From a virus, in the IMG/VR virus record IMGVR_UViG_3300021422_000208, positions 716 to 64,715 of that record: DNA of 64,000 nt; one strand, written 5' to 3'. Each line of letters begins with the position of its first letter. The first letter of the stretch is position 1. A program made the position numbers and the translations under genes. Positions 27,801-37,900 of this stretch are shown here, piece after piece. The notes under the pieces were generated by a model. The model searched no databases and was not told the origin of the DNA. It was given only the letters and a program-made list of their open reading frames with translations.

Positions 27801-29358
27801 TGGCACTGGTAGGATTTATCTTCCTGGGAATAATTTACAGATAGACCAAGCTATGACAGTTACCGGCACAACATCACTGCATGGTGTTGGTATTACTGGT
27901 GCTATTACCCAGACTGGCAGCGTAACTCAAACTGGTGATTACACCCAGACTGGTAATGCCACTATAACTGGTGATTTGGTAGTTAGTACATGGGGACAAT
28001 TCCAAAAAATTCGCATTGATGGAAATGTAATTTCTACCACTGTCATTAATACTGATTTGATAGTATCTGCTAATGGTACTGGTATTATATATATACCAGA
28101 TAACAATGTCCAAATTGATCATGATTTAACTGTAAATGGGTTAACAACCTTAAATGTACTGGGCGTGACAACTGCGATTACTGCTGGTATATTCAATACT
28201 AGTGATATATCCATTACTGCTAATATTATTACAACAATTGGCATTAATCATGATTTAATAATTAAGGCTAATGGAACTGGTGTAATATCTATTCCATCTA
28301 ATAATGTTCATCTAGAACATGATTTGACAATTGAGCAAAATTTAACAGTTACGACAGGTACTACATATTTAAAAAATACCAATATAACTGGTACAATAGC
28401 ACATACTGGTGATATTAATCAAACTGGTAATTTCACCAGTAGTGGTAATACTAATATTACTGGTAACATAACTGGTACTGGGTATTTACAATTATCTCAT
28501 ATACGATTAGAAAATAATACGATATCATCGATTGTAGATACCGATATGGAATTGTATGCCAATGGGATTGGGTCTGTGATATTGGATGGAATTGGTATCA
28601 AAGATAATGCTATACGTAGTATGGCCATTGATTCTGATATAATATTAACACCGCAGGGAACTGGTGGTGTGATAATGAATAATAACCAAAGTCTAATATT
28701 GCCATCTGGTACGACTGAACAGCGTCCTGTGTTGCCAACTAATGGGATGATTCGATATAATACCACGCTGTCTAGGTATGAAAGCTGGAATGACATCATT
28801 TGGTTACAACTGGGTGGTGTCATTGATGTCAGTGGTAAGACTAGGATATTGGCGGAAGTAACACCTGGTGCCAATGATAATGTCATCTATTTTTACGCTG
28901 ATAATAATCTAACTGCAACGATTGATAGTACTAAATTGTTTACTCAAAAGTTACAAACTAATAATTTAGACATTGATGGTAATACAATCAGTTCAATTTT
29001 TGCTAATAGTGATATAAATTTAGTGACTAGTGGAACCGGTAAGGTAAAATTTGGAAATTTAAGCATTCATGCTAATACTATTACTAATGAAGTTGCCGGT
29101 GCAGTTACTAACTTTGTCAATGCAGGTACTGGTTATGTGAAAATAGCAGGTGTTAATGGGGTGGTAATCCCAAGTGGTGATTCATATTATGATCGACCAT
29201 TGGTGGCAGAATTGGGTATGATTAGATTTAATACCGTTATTGGGTATGTGGAAATATTTAACGGAGTATCATGGATTGGCGTTGGTGGCGAATCTATAGG
29301 TATCACACTTGCAGTAGCTACCGACCTTGGTGTTGGTTCAGCATTAATTTTTGGATAA
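24850..29358 (+). CDS. Large fibre/spike protein with beta-helix and LamG/ConA-like lectin domains
   Basis: ISGPLLKANLLRDGVDLAFE start; KFGTASLYLDG..FGTGDFTIE..WIHIAL.R..LFVNG..GYIDDFSISKGIAKY LamG pattern. Confidence 0.75.
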   Translation: MAIGRISGPLLKANLLRDGVDLAFESDLLYLDVINRRIGVKTKTPSHDLTIDGTTRTTNLLVDTAATIATISISGNTIASSNSIINLSPSGSNPVVYQGTIVVDQLHLSNNTIQTVGTATDLNISTTGTGKVIVNAAVMIHGNLHATGTITADGNITIGNTTTDSVTFNSDVASDILPDSPNSYDLGSDPLLGGHAWKTSYINDMHATNIVSDTIVVNDINLVLPNGHIRYVATTGNDTNLGVHEHNPYLTIKHALSQAEVGDVIYIYPGTYIEIFPLTVPVGVTIHGSGLRTVTIQPTIGTIDNDAFLLNGETTIEDLTISGYRFNSTNNTGYAFRFANNFTVTIRSPYVRNVTIISRGSVVTSDDPYGFDSNDAGKGAFLDGSIANSASKEATLLFHSVTFFTPNQETIIATNGIRCELINSFTYFADKGIYAYSSLSGFAGEGLTRLRIDVKLGSWMVGDTVSYYDIDGSTVLGFGVVASLVGDYVNLIGRQLGFNTIIDRSTKFIYANGNAHQSTAHFKFGTASLYLDGINSFINVASQPDFNFGTGDFTIELNIYRTTDSVSPQTILDMRTAAPQVAPLLYLKSTNVLALTVNGVEEIVGSSIPMSSWIHIALARHGTSTRLFVNGYQAGLTYTDTNVYIQSPVRIGAAYDISDLFTGYIDDFSISKGIAKYTTTFVPPTVALRGDTSTVLLLHLNGGNNSTAILDDGITIQDIRASSGGTASIINFADYSDFGAEIRVIGSANMYGNHGVYATGIGVTIHLIAHTFSFIGTGKDSSNTSNPLDNYEQYEITKLDDAVIYYTSTNEHGDFRVGDNFYIDQRSGEVLFNNQNLTITSATGVTFTNGIDTTTITYEDITTGNIRISGNTIASMLGDVNITAASGIINLQNDTIITGDLTVTGDVNIGGNITVGNQTSDTVTFIAGIGSNLVPSTTSLYDLGTPDLRWNVAHLSRVEVDSLVIDANTISTTYGNDDLILTAHGTGRIYLPGNNLQIDQAMTVTGTTSLHGVGITGAITQTGSVTQTGDYTQTGNATITGDLVVSTWGQFQKIRIDGNVISTTVINTDLIVSANGTGIIYIPDNNVQIDHDLTVNGLTTLNVLGVTTAITAGIFNTSDISITANIITTIGINHDLIIKANGTGVISIPSNNVHLEHDLTIEQNLTVTTGTTYLKNTNITGTIAHTGDINQTGNFTSSGNTNITGNITGTGYLQLSHIRLENNTISSIVDTDMELYANGIGSVILDGIGIKDNAIRSMAIDSDIILTPQGTGGVIMNNNQSLILPSGTTEQRPVLPTNGMIRYNTTLSRYESWNDIIWLQLGGVIDVSGKTRILAEVTPGANDNVIYFYADNNLTATIDSTKLFTQKLQTNNLDIDGNTISSIFANSDINLVTSGTGKVKFGNLSIHANTITNEVAGAVTNFVNAGTGYVKIAGVNGVVIPSGDSYYDRPLVAELGMIRFNTVIGYVEIFNGVSWIGVGGESIGITLAVATDLGVGSALIFG

Positions 29359-29363
29359 TAATT

Positions 29364-29693
29364 ATGGCAACTTTTTTACGAACACATGTACAACCAAATA
29401 TAGGATTGACACCTATTGCGGTATTATCACCAGCGCCGACTAGTTCTTTTACTATAGTTGGCTGTAATCTATCAAATACTACTGATTATGAGGTAATTGT
29501 TGATATAACTATCACTGATACCGCAGGACATACTGGGAATTATATTAATAAATTAATAATAAATCCATATACTAGTTCAAAAGTGATCACTAATGGTGAA
29601 AAATTGATTATAGCAGGTGCTTCAATTATGACAATAGTCAGTGATACAGTAGATAGCATTGATGCAACTATAAGCTACGCTGAAATAGTGTAA
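29364..29693 (+). CDS. Small beta-rich virion protein
   Basis: Start moved to MATFLRTH; TIVGCNLSN...EKLII pattern shared with 19719-20063. Confidence 0.65.
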   Translation: MATFLRTHVQPNIGLTPIAVLSPAPTSSFTIVGCNLSNTTDYEVIVDITITDTAGHTGNYINKLIINPYTSSKVITNGEKLIIAGASIMTIVSDTVDSIDATISYAEIV

Positions 29694-29703
29694 GGGATAT
29701 AAA

Positions 29704-30072
29704 ATGAATAATAATGTTTTTGGACAAACTGTCAGTGAAGCACTTGGAAATAACATCAGGTATCTTTATGGATTACGCAGAACAGATGAAGGCGATTTGT
29801 ATTTTGTTAGCGTGGACCAACTAAGTCGGGCGGATTCTATACAGCTAGATTTATCAAGCATATCTGGCAATTATGATGAAACAGGCATCATGAGCGGTTC
29901 TGACTTTATGACCGGACGTGATGCCACTCATAATTTAATAAATCAAAATATAACGTGGGAACAATTGCGATGGGATGATCGCCGAATTTATTATTATATG
30001 GATGCCAATGGCGAATTTGTAGCTAGGGTTAACCAAAAATATAACTACAATTCTGAGGATAACAGGCCATAG
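29704..30072 (+). CDS. Hypothetical protein in the fibre cluster
   Basis: GGGA RBS, 122 aa, co-oriented. Confidence 0.65.
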   Translation: MNNNVFGQTVSEALGNNIRYLYGLRRTDEGDLYFVSVDQLSRADSIQLDLSSISGNYDETGIMSGSDFMTGRDATHNLINQNITWEQLRWDDRRIYYYMDANGEFVARVNQKYNYNSEDNRP

Positions 30073-30150
30073 TGAGATGTGATATGCGGCTTAGAAGCGG
30101 TGAATATATACTAAATAATACTATTATGTTGAAATCAAGGAATTATTAAA

Positions 30151-33100
30151 ATGGCTGAGTTTAAATTAGGACGATTACGATTTGTATGGCAAGGTGCCTG
30201 GGTAACTGCTCATACTTATGTTAAAGATGATATTGTACGATATGGGTCGCATACATACGTATGTTTAGTGGGTGGTACCAGTAGTGCTGATTTTTACACC
30301 GATTTAAATGCGTCAACTCCAGTGTGGAGTTTGATGTCATCTGGTATTGCTTGGCGAGGTAATTGGTCAATTAGTACTTATTATAAAATTGGTGATGTCA
30401 TTAAGTATGGTTCTAATACATATGTATGTTACACTGGTCATACTTCAAGTGCTGCCGTTGATAGTGGTTTTTACACTGATTTAACAGCGCATTGGCAAAT
30501 ATTTACAACGGGTCAATCATGGTTAGGTAATTGGTCAATTAGTACTTATTATAAAATTGGTGATATTATTAAGTATGGTGCCAATACATATACATGTTAC
30601 ACTGGTCATACGTCTAGTGCCACTGTAAATGGTGGTTTTTATACTGATATGGCAGCGCACTGGCAGCTATTTGTAACTGGTCAGGTATGGTTGGGTAATT
30701 GGACAACTAGTACTTATTATAAAATTAGTGATATTATTAAATATGGCGCTAAAGATTATATTTGTGTAATCGGGCATACTTCCTCTGGTACTATCGCTGG
30801 TGGTTTTTATTCAGACTTAGCGTTGTCTAATTGGACGTTGATGGTTGATGGCGTTGCGTGGAATGGTACTTGGGCAAATTCTAATTATTATAAAGTCGGT
30901 GACATTGTTAATTACGGTGGTATTACTTATATCTGCGTGACTGGTCATTCCAGCCAATCAACTTTAGAATTGGATCAGGGTAATTGGTCGGTTTTTGTGC
31001 GTGGGATTGATTATACGGGTATATGGTCATCAGCTAATGTAATTTACAAAATTAATGATTTGGTTCATTATGGTGCAAATATTTGGATATGTGTTGATGC
31101 TCATACTTCAACTGTTGTGTTTGAGACCAATAAATTTAGTATATTTGTACAAGGCTTGGAGTATGTCAATACTTGGGATTCAAGTTCGTCATATATCATT
31201 GGTGATATTGCTACGTTCGGTGGTTACACGTATACATCATTGACTACTGGGAACGTGGCAAATACTCCAGCTACGAGTCCTGCTTCATGGGCACCGTTTA
31301 CAACTGGTTTTACTATGGGCGGTTCCTGGGATGATGTGACTGCTTATTTAGTTGGTACGGTCGTTAATTATGGTGGTTATACTTACGTGGCGATGCTTGA
31401 CAGTGTTGCGGTAAGTCCGCCATCTAGTCCTACTGCCTGGTGTTTGTTGAATACTGGGTTGTATAATCGGGGTAATTGGACATCCGGTGATGTATATCAT
31501 CTAGGTGATATAGTTTCATTTATGTCTAGTTCGTATACTTGCGTGGCCGAGCATACTGCGTCTACGCCTGTTGATCCAGTGAATGATACACTTGGGGTAT
31601 ATTGGCACATACTGGCACAAGGTAGTGCTAATAGTTTTAATACTACTACTGGTGACATTACGTATCGAGCAGCATCCGGTTCAGACGCACGATTGCCGCT
31701 GGGAACAGACGGACAAGTTTTGCGAGTTACTGCTGGATTGCCCACTTGGGAATATTATGGTGTTATCACCAATGTGCATTATGTTTCAATTACTGGCACC
31801 GATGCTGTTGGTTACGGGCACACGTTAGATAAACCGTGGCGAACTATTCAATATTCATGCCAACAAATTAGTAATGGTACTCACAATCAGAGTGCTGCGT
31901 ATTTATTAAAAGCCAACAGATCATGGGCAGTGGCTGAAATGTATTATTGGATGTTAGATCAAATGGCACATAATATTCCACCATTTAATGCCTCATCAGT
32001 TTGGTCAGCCACACAGGCACAGTTGGATGCCAGTTATATAGTTGACGCGATAGTATTTGATATGACACGCGGCGGTAATAGTCAGACAGTTGAGACAGCT
32101 CTTGCGTATTTTAATCCAACTGATCCAACTCAGTATTATAATGCAGCTACTGCATCGGCGATCGCGTATTTTAATCCTGCTATTAACAAATTACTAACTT
32201 TGTTGACTAACGCAATGAGTAATAGTGCGCCTGTTACTTCTTATCAATCGTTATATCTTCCAATGACCCCAGTTTCTATCACTGGTATTGTCGGAAATGG
32301 TGCAGTAGTTACTGTTAGCTTTGCGACTGAGCCTAATGTACTATTTGACATAGGTGGCAATATCACAATTGCTGGCGTAGCTGCATATAATGGTACTTAT
32401 ACGGTAATTGCCGCTACTACCACCGGGGTGAGTTTTAATAGTAGTGTTACTACTGCTTGGGTTAGTGGCGGTACGGTAGTGGGTGTGCCATTTACTCAAA
32501 CTATAAATTTAAGTTATACCACTGAATCTGGTTCTGTTGCGCTTGCGACATCGTTGGTTGGAATCATAACTTCCGCAATAACTGCTGGAAATACGTCAGC
32601 TATTCCATTGCCGAATCAAGGTGAGACTGTTACATTATTTGTTAAAAATGGTACATATGCTGAAATATTGCCAATTAGTGTACCAAATAATGTATCACTA
32701 GTCGGTGATGAATTGCGTGGTGTGATAGTGGAGCCAATGAGTGGGTACTCTGGGAGTAATATGTTTTATGTCCGAAATGGATCTATTATTCGCAATATGA
32801 CATTGACTGGATTGCATGGCGTATTAAGTGCTCCCAATGCGTATGGTACTAAGCGACCGACTGGTGGTTCATTTATAAGTTTAGACCCAGGTACTGGTCC
32901 AACTGATACTACTGTATGGATTAAAAATAGATCACCATATATTCAAAATGTCACGAGTACTAATTCATCTGGTACCGTTGGCATGAAAATTGATGGTAAA
33001 TTGCATAATGGTGGTAATAAATGTATTTTAGCCAATGATTTCACTCAAATATTAAATGATGGAATTGGGGTATGGTGTACTGGTACTAGTGCACGGGCCG

Positions 33101-34959
33101 AATGTGTGTCAGTATTTACTTATTATAATTACATAGGGTATTTAAGTGAGGCTGGTGGGAATATACGAGCTGCTAATAGTAATCATACATATGGTACATA
33201 CGGCGGCGTGTCAGAAGGGTATGATGTCACCGAAACTCCTGCAACCGGGGTAGTCACCAACCAAGCTAGTCAAGCTATTGTGACAAATGTATTAACTAAT
33301 GGTAATAACATTCTATGGTTAGAATACTCCAATGCCGGACAACTATATACCGCAGCAACTTATTCAATATCAAGTTCCAATGGATTTGGTGCTTTTGTTA
33401 GTTCAATTAATACTTACAGTAATGCCGTATGTGAAGTACGTATAACATCAGGTGGATCAGGCTACATCAGTACTATAAATTCGGCACAAACTGGTACTGG
33501 AACTAGTATTATTTTATCAGCCGCTGATACTTCAACTACTGGCCAATATATTGGTATGCGTATTATAATAACGGCAGGTACTGGTGCTGGCCAATATGGA
33601 TATATTCAAGCATATAATGCCGGTACTAAAGAGGCTATTATATATTCTAATGGCATACTTGGATGGAATATCGCAGTTGCTGGTACGCTAGTAGTGCCAG
33701 TATTGGATCAAACTACTACTTATTCAATTGAGCCACGGGTAACTTTTACCGGAGTTGGAACTGGTGCGTTAGCTAGAGCATCGGTCGTGAGTGGTGTTAT
33801 AACTGCCATCCGGATAATAAATCCAGGCAGTGGATATACAAATGTCCCAACTATTGGTATTATTGATCCCAACGCAACTACTGTTGGAACATACACGCCT
33901 AGAATACAAAATGGTGTATTAGGTCAGCCAACCTGGAGTAGTCGAGGTACTAATTATAATACTGCCGTGGTAACTGTTGCTGGCGACGGGTATGCTGAAT
34001 TTTTGCAAATTGGATTTTATTTAAATATTCGCTCATTAACAGCCATACCAACTGCTGGTGCATCCATTACTATTGCTGGGAATGCCAATCATTATGCGGT
34101 AGTTGCGGTGAGTAACCAAACAGGTTCTGCTGGCAATTATACTGCGACACTTCAAATTAATCCAATGATAGGTAGTGCGTTAGCACCGGTTCACGGAGCT
34201 AGTGTTACTATGCGTTCACGGTATAGCCAAATGCGATTGACCGGGCATGATTTCGCATATGTTGGAACTGGTAATTTGGTAAGTACCAATTATCCAGGTA
34301 TCCCATTGATTCCTGGCTCGGCATCGGCTCAAGTGCGTGAAAATAATGGCGGAAGAGTATTTTACAGCGCGACCGATCAGGATGGTAATTTTAATGTTGG
34401 CAATTTATTCACTATTCAGCAAGCTACCGGGGTGGCATCATTAAATGTGAGTAATTTTAATTTATCTGGTCTATATAGTTTGCAATTGGGCGGTAGTGGT
34501 GCCACTGTGACACAGTTTAGTACAGATGGTACGTTCACTGCAAATAGCGATGGATTATTGCCAACTCAAAAAGCAATTAAAACTTATATTGCCAGTCAAT
34601 TAGGCGCGGGTGGTGCTAATTTGGCGGTCACGAGCTTGAGTGCCGGTAATGTGGTAATAAATGGTAATACTATAGTTAGCATAAATGGGGTTGATCTAAC
34701 AATTCAAGCATCGGCTGGCCGTAGTGTGCAATTTCCAACGATGGTGACTCATGGTATAGGGTCACTTACTACGTATACCACTAATTCATCTATCGTTCAT
34801 GATAGTGGTTCGACTGATACCTATTCAACTGGATCTAGTTTAGTTCTAAATGGTACAACAGTGCTACCGGTACTGCCTGTGAATCCAACTGACCTTACTA
34901 ACAAAAAATATGTTGACCGGGTATTGTCACTTAACAACCTATGGACGTCTGCTTGGTGA
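30151..34959 (+). CDS. Large fibre protein with Trp-rich carbohydrate-binding-like repeats and a beta-helix
   Basis: About 8 WxGxWxxxxYYKxGDxxxYG repeats (first ones 168 nt apart, similar at nucleotide level); YAEILPISVP..GDELRG beta-helix motif. Confidence 0.75.
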   Translation: MAEFKLGRLRFVWQGAWVTAHTYVKDDIVRYGSHTYVCLVGGTSSADFYTDLNASTPVWSLMSSGIAWRGNWSISTYYKIGDVIKYGSNTYVCYTGHTSSAAVDSGFYTDLTAHWQIFTTGQSWLGNWSISTYYKIGDIIKYGANTYTCYTGHTSSATVNGGFYTDMAAHWQLFVTGQVWLGNWTTSTYYKISDIIKYGAKDYICVIGHTSSGTIAGGFYSDLALSNWTLMVDGVAWNGTWANSNYYKVGDIVNYGGITYICVTGHSSQSTLELDQGNWSVFVRGIDYTGIWSSANVIYKINDLVHYGANIWICVDAHTSTVVFETNKFSIFVQGLEYVNTWDSSSSYIIGDIATFGGYTYTSLTTGNVANTPATSPASWAPFTTGFTMGGSWDDVTAYLVGTVVNYGGYTYVAMLDSVAVSPPSSPTAWCLLNTGLYNRGNWTSGDVYHLGDIVSFMSSSYTCVAEHTASTPVDPVNDTLGVYWHILAQGSANSFNTTTGDITYRAASGSDARLPLGTDGQVLRVTAGLPTWEYYGVITNVHYVSITGTDAVGYGHTLDKPWRTIQYSCQQISNGTHNQSAAYLLKANRSWAVAEMYYWMLDQMAHNIPPFNASSVWSATQAQLDASYIVDAIVFDMTRGGNSQTVETALAYFNPTDPTQYYNAATASAIAYFNPAINKLLTLLTNAMSNSAPVTSYQSLYLPMTPVSITGIVGNGAVVTVSFATEPNVLFDIGGNITIAGVAAYNGTYTVIAATTTGVSFNSSVTTAWVSGGTVVGVPFTQTINLSYTTESGSVALATSLVGIITSAITAGNTSAIPLPNQGETVTLFVKNGTYAEILPISVPNNVSLVGDELRGVIVEPMSGYSGSNMFYVRNGSIIRNMTLTGLHGVLSAPNAYGTKRPTGGSFISLDPGTGPTDTTVWIKNRSPYIQNVTSTNSSGTVGMKIDGKLHNGGNKCILANDFTQILNDGIGVWCTGTSARAECVSVFTYYNYIGYLSEAGGNIRAANSNHTYGTYGGVSEGYDVTETPATGVVTNQASQAIVTNVLTNGNNILWLEYSNAGQLYTAATYSISSSNGFGAFVSSINTYSNAVCEVRITSGGSGYISTINSAQTGTGTSIILSAADTSTTGQYIGMRIIITAGTGAGQYGYIQAYNAGTKEAIIYSNGILGWNIAVAGTLVVPVLDQTTTYSIEPRVTFTGVGTGALARASVVSGVITAIRIINPGSGYTNVPTIGIIDPNATTVGTYTPRIQNGVLGQPTWSSRGTNYNTAVVTVAGDGYAEFLQIGFYLNIRSLTAIPTAGASITIAGNANHYAVVAVSNQTGSAGNYTATLQINPMIGSALAPVHGASVTMRSRYSQMRLTGHDFAYVGTGNLVSTNYPGIPLIPGSASAQVRENNGGRVFYSATDQDGNFNVGNLFTIQQATGVASLNVSNFNLSGLYSLQLGGSGATVTQFSTDGTFTANSDGLLPTQKAIKTYIASQLGAGGANLAVTSLSAGNVVINGNTIVSINGVDLTIQASAGRSVQFPTMVTHGIGSLTTYTTNSSIVHDSGSTDTYSTGSSLVLNGTTVLPVLPVNPTDLTNKKYVDRVLSLNNLWTSAW

Positions 34960-34993
34960 TAAATAATAATAACGATTTAGGAGTATTAAAAAT

Positions 34994-37900
34994 ATGACAA
35001 CAGCAGCAAAATACGGTGCGCAGGATCTGAATGGTAATCCATTCAGTTATCAACAAATAGTTGCCCCAGTCTCATCGAACAATATAGTAGTCAATGCCAC
35101 ATTTGCTAATCGAAATGGCGCAGACGCAAAGGTACGATTAGCCGAAACATCAGTGCCATTAGTATCACAATCGGTGGCAAGTACTCAAGGATTATTTCCA
35201 TTTGCCGCAACTGCTAGCGCAAATTCAATGATTATACCAACTGCACAAGCATTGACAGTAACTGACACGAGCTTTGGTAGTAACCTAATAACAACTGCTA
35301 GTTATGCTGTTTTTAGTACAATGGTTAATACTAATATAATCACATGTGTGGCTACCAAATCCTTTAATCTAGGTGAACCAGTTGTATTTGTTGGTTCGCT
35401 TGGTAATTTAATTTCAGGTAATATTTATTATGTGTTGACTATTAATAGTGCCACTACTTTTACCGTTTCGACTTCATTGGGTGGCATTCCATTTGCATTA
35501 ACTACCGCCACCGGTACTATACTTGTGCAAGAAACGGTGACCAATTTAGTAATAAATGAACCAATAATGTTTTCAGGTACTGGATTTGGTGGTATTACAA
35601 GTGGACTTTCCTATTACGTATTGACCATAACTGATATGACATCATTTACTATCTCGACATTTCCAAGTGGTCCACCGGTATCAATGTTTACCGCGACTGG
35701 TAATCTTTCAGTTGGGTATAATCCAATGGTATCGACATTGAATCTATCATCAACCGCAGTTGGTACCAATGTTAAGACATTGCAGACACTGACTATTTCT
35801 ACTGCAGATGTTGGTACTAATGTATTCACTTCTGCTAGCATTGCTGTTACCGCGACTACTTTGTCTACCAATTTAATAACTTCGGCTAGCACTGCCACGT
35901 TGACAGTTGGACAACCAGTTGTATTTACTGGTTCGTTGGGTAATTTAGTTAGTGGTACACTTTATTATGTACGAAGTGTTATCAGTAGTACACAGTTTAC
36001 TGTGTCGTCAATCATTGGTGGTGTTGCTGTAATTTTGACAACAGCATCTGGTAATATCGTTGTTCAGCAATCAACTACTACTTTGGCAGTGAATCAGCCA
36101 ATAGTATTTAATGGTACCGCATTTGGTGGAGTGGTATCTGGAGTTAACTATTATATCTCGGCAATTTCCAGTAATACTACCTTCAAGGTGTCTTCTGTGC
36201 CAGGTGGTTCCGTATTTCAATTATATACCGCATCCGGTAACATGGTATTAGGAACAGCATCCTTGCCAGCCACATTAAGTATCGTTAATACTGCCGCAAC
36301 AGCAATGCTTGGCACTGTTGCAGTAACTGCTACCACAACTGGTACGAATTTAATAACCGCAGCGACTACTTCATCATTGGCGATTGGTCAACCAATTGTA
36401 TTCAGTAGTGCCATAGGCAATTTACTAGTAGGTACTACCTATTACGTATTGGCTATTCCAACGCTCACGACATTCAGTGTGTCGGCATATGTTTCTGGAT
36501 TAGCATTTCCATTGAGTGATGCCATTGGTAACGTTACACTAAGTACACAGCAATCATTAAATATTGCAAGTGCCACGACTGGTAGTAATCAATTGACTAC
36601 TGCCGTTGTTCAAACAACTAATACTACCGTTACTACTAATTTAATTACCGTGGTGTCTACTGCTGGATTTTATGTTGGTATGCCAGTTGTTTTTGCAGGA
36701 ACGGTATTTGGTAATATTGTGGCCAACCAACTTTATTACATATTAACGGTCAATAGTTCAACTACTTTTGCGGTATCTATTAATATTAATGGCCCAGTGC
36801 TAGTACTATCTACCGCAAGTGGCAGTTTATTAACTGTTCAGCAATCGACCACTGACGTTGGTGTTAATCAACCGGTTGTCTTTTCTAGTAGTACTCCAGC
36901 GCAAACATATAACATAGCCAATACTACAACTGGTACCAATGTAGTAACTACTCGTGCGATACCGATTACTGCAACTACTACTGGTACAAATGTCATCACT
37001 GCAACTGATACGACCTCATTATTTATCGGTCAACCGGTTGTATTTAATGGATCATTAGGAAATTTAATTGGTAGTACAATTTATTATGTTCAAAGTATCC
37101 CTACTAGTACTCAATTTACTGTATCTGCCACCTTTAGTGGAGTGGTATTTGCGTTAGATACTGCTGCTGGTAGTATTAATTACCAAGAGGCAACTACTAA
37201 TTTAATTGTAAATGAATTGGTTACATTTAGTGGATCGGTATATGGCAATTTAATAGCAGGCACTAATTATTATATACAAAGTGTGGTTTCAAACACATCA
37301 TTTACTGTATCTTCTACTGTAAATGGTAGTATTACTTCGTTGGCAACTGCTACTGGTGTTATGGTAGCAAGTGTCACAATTCCAACTTATTCATTAACGC
37401 TTGGTAATACGACAGTTGGCACTAATGTTATAACTAATTCAATAGTGGCAGTTACTGCCACTGCCGTTGCTACCAATTTAGTGACAATGAGTAGTACTGC
37501 CACCCTGACAGTTGGGCAACCCATTGTGTTTAATGGTACTGCATTTGGTAATATTGTAGCTGGTACTATTTATTATATACAAGCAATCCCATCTAGTACC
37601 ACACTTGTCATATCAGCCACTTTGAATGGTGAAATTTTTGTATTAAGTACCGCTAGTGGCACAATGAGTGTATCTGGTGCTACTACTGGGTTAGTTTTAA
37701 ATCAGCCAATTGTATTTGCTGGTACTACCTTTGGTAATATCATTGCTGGTGCTATTTATTATATACAAAGCGTACCAACTGCACAGACATTTACCGTGTC
37801 AATTATGCCAGGTGGTTCTGCGTTTGCCTTAGTGACCGCAACTGGTACAATGACTAGTAGTATGCCAATTTTTGGCGGAGTATCTGCTAATATTACGTAT

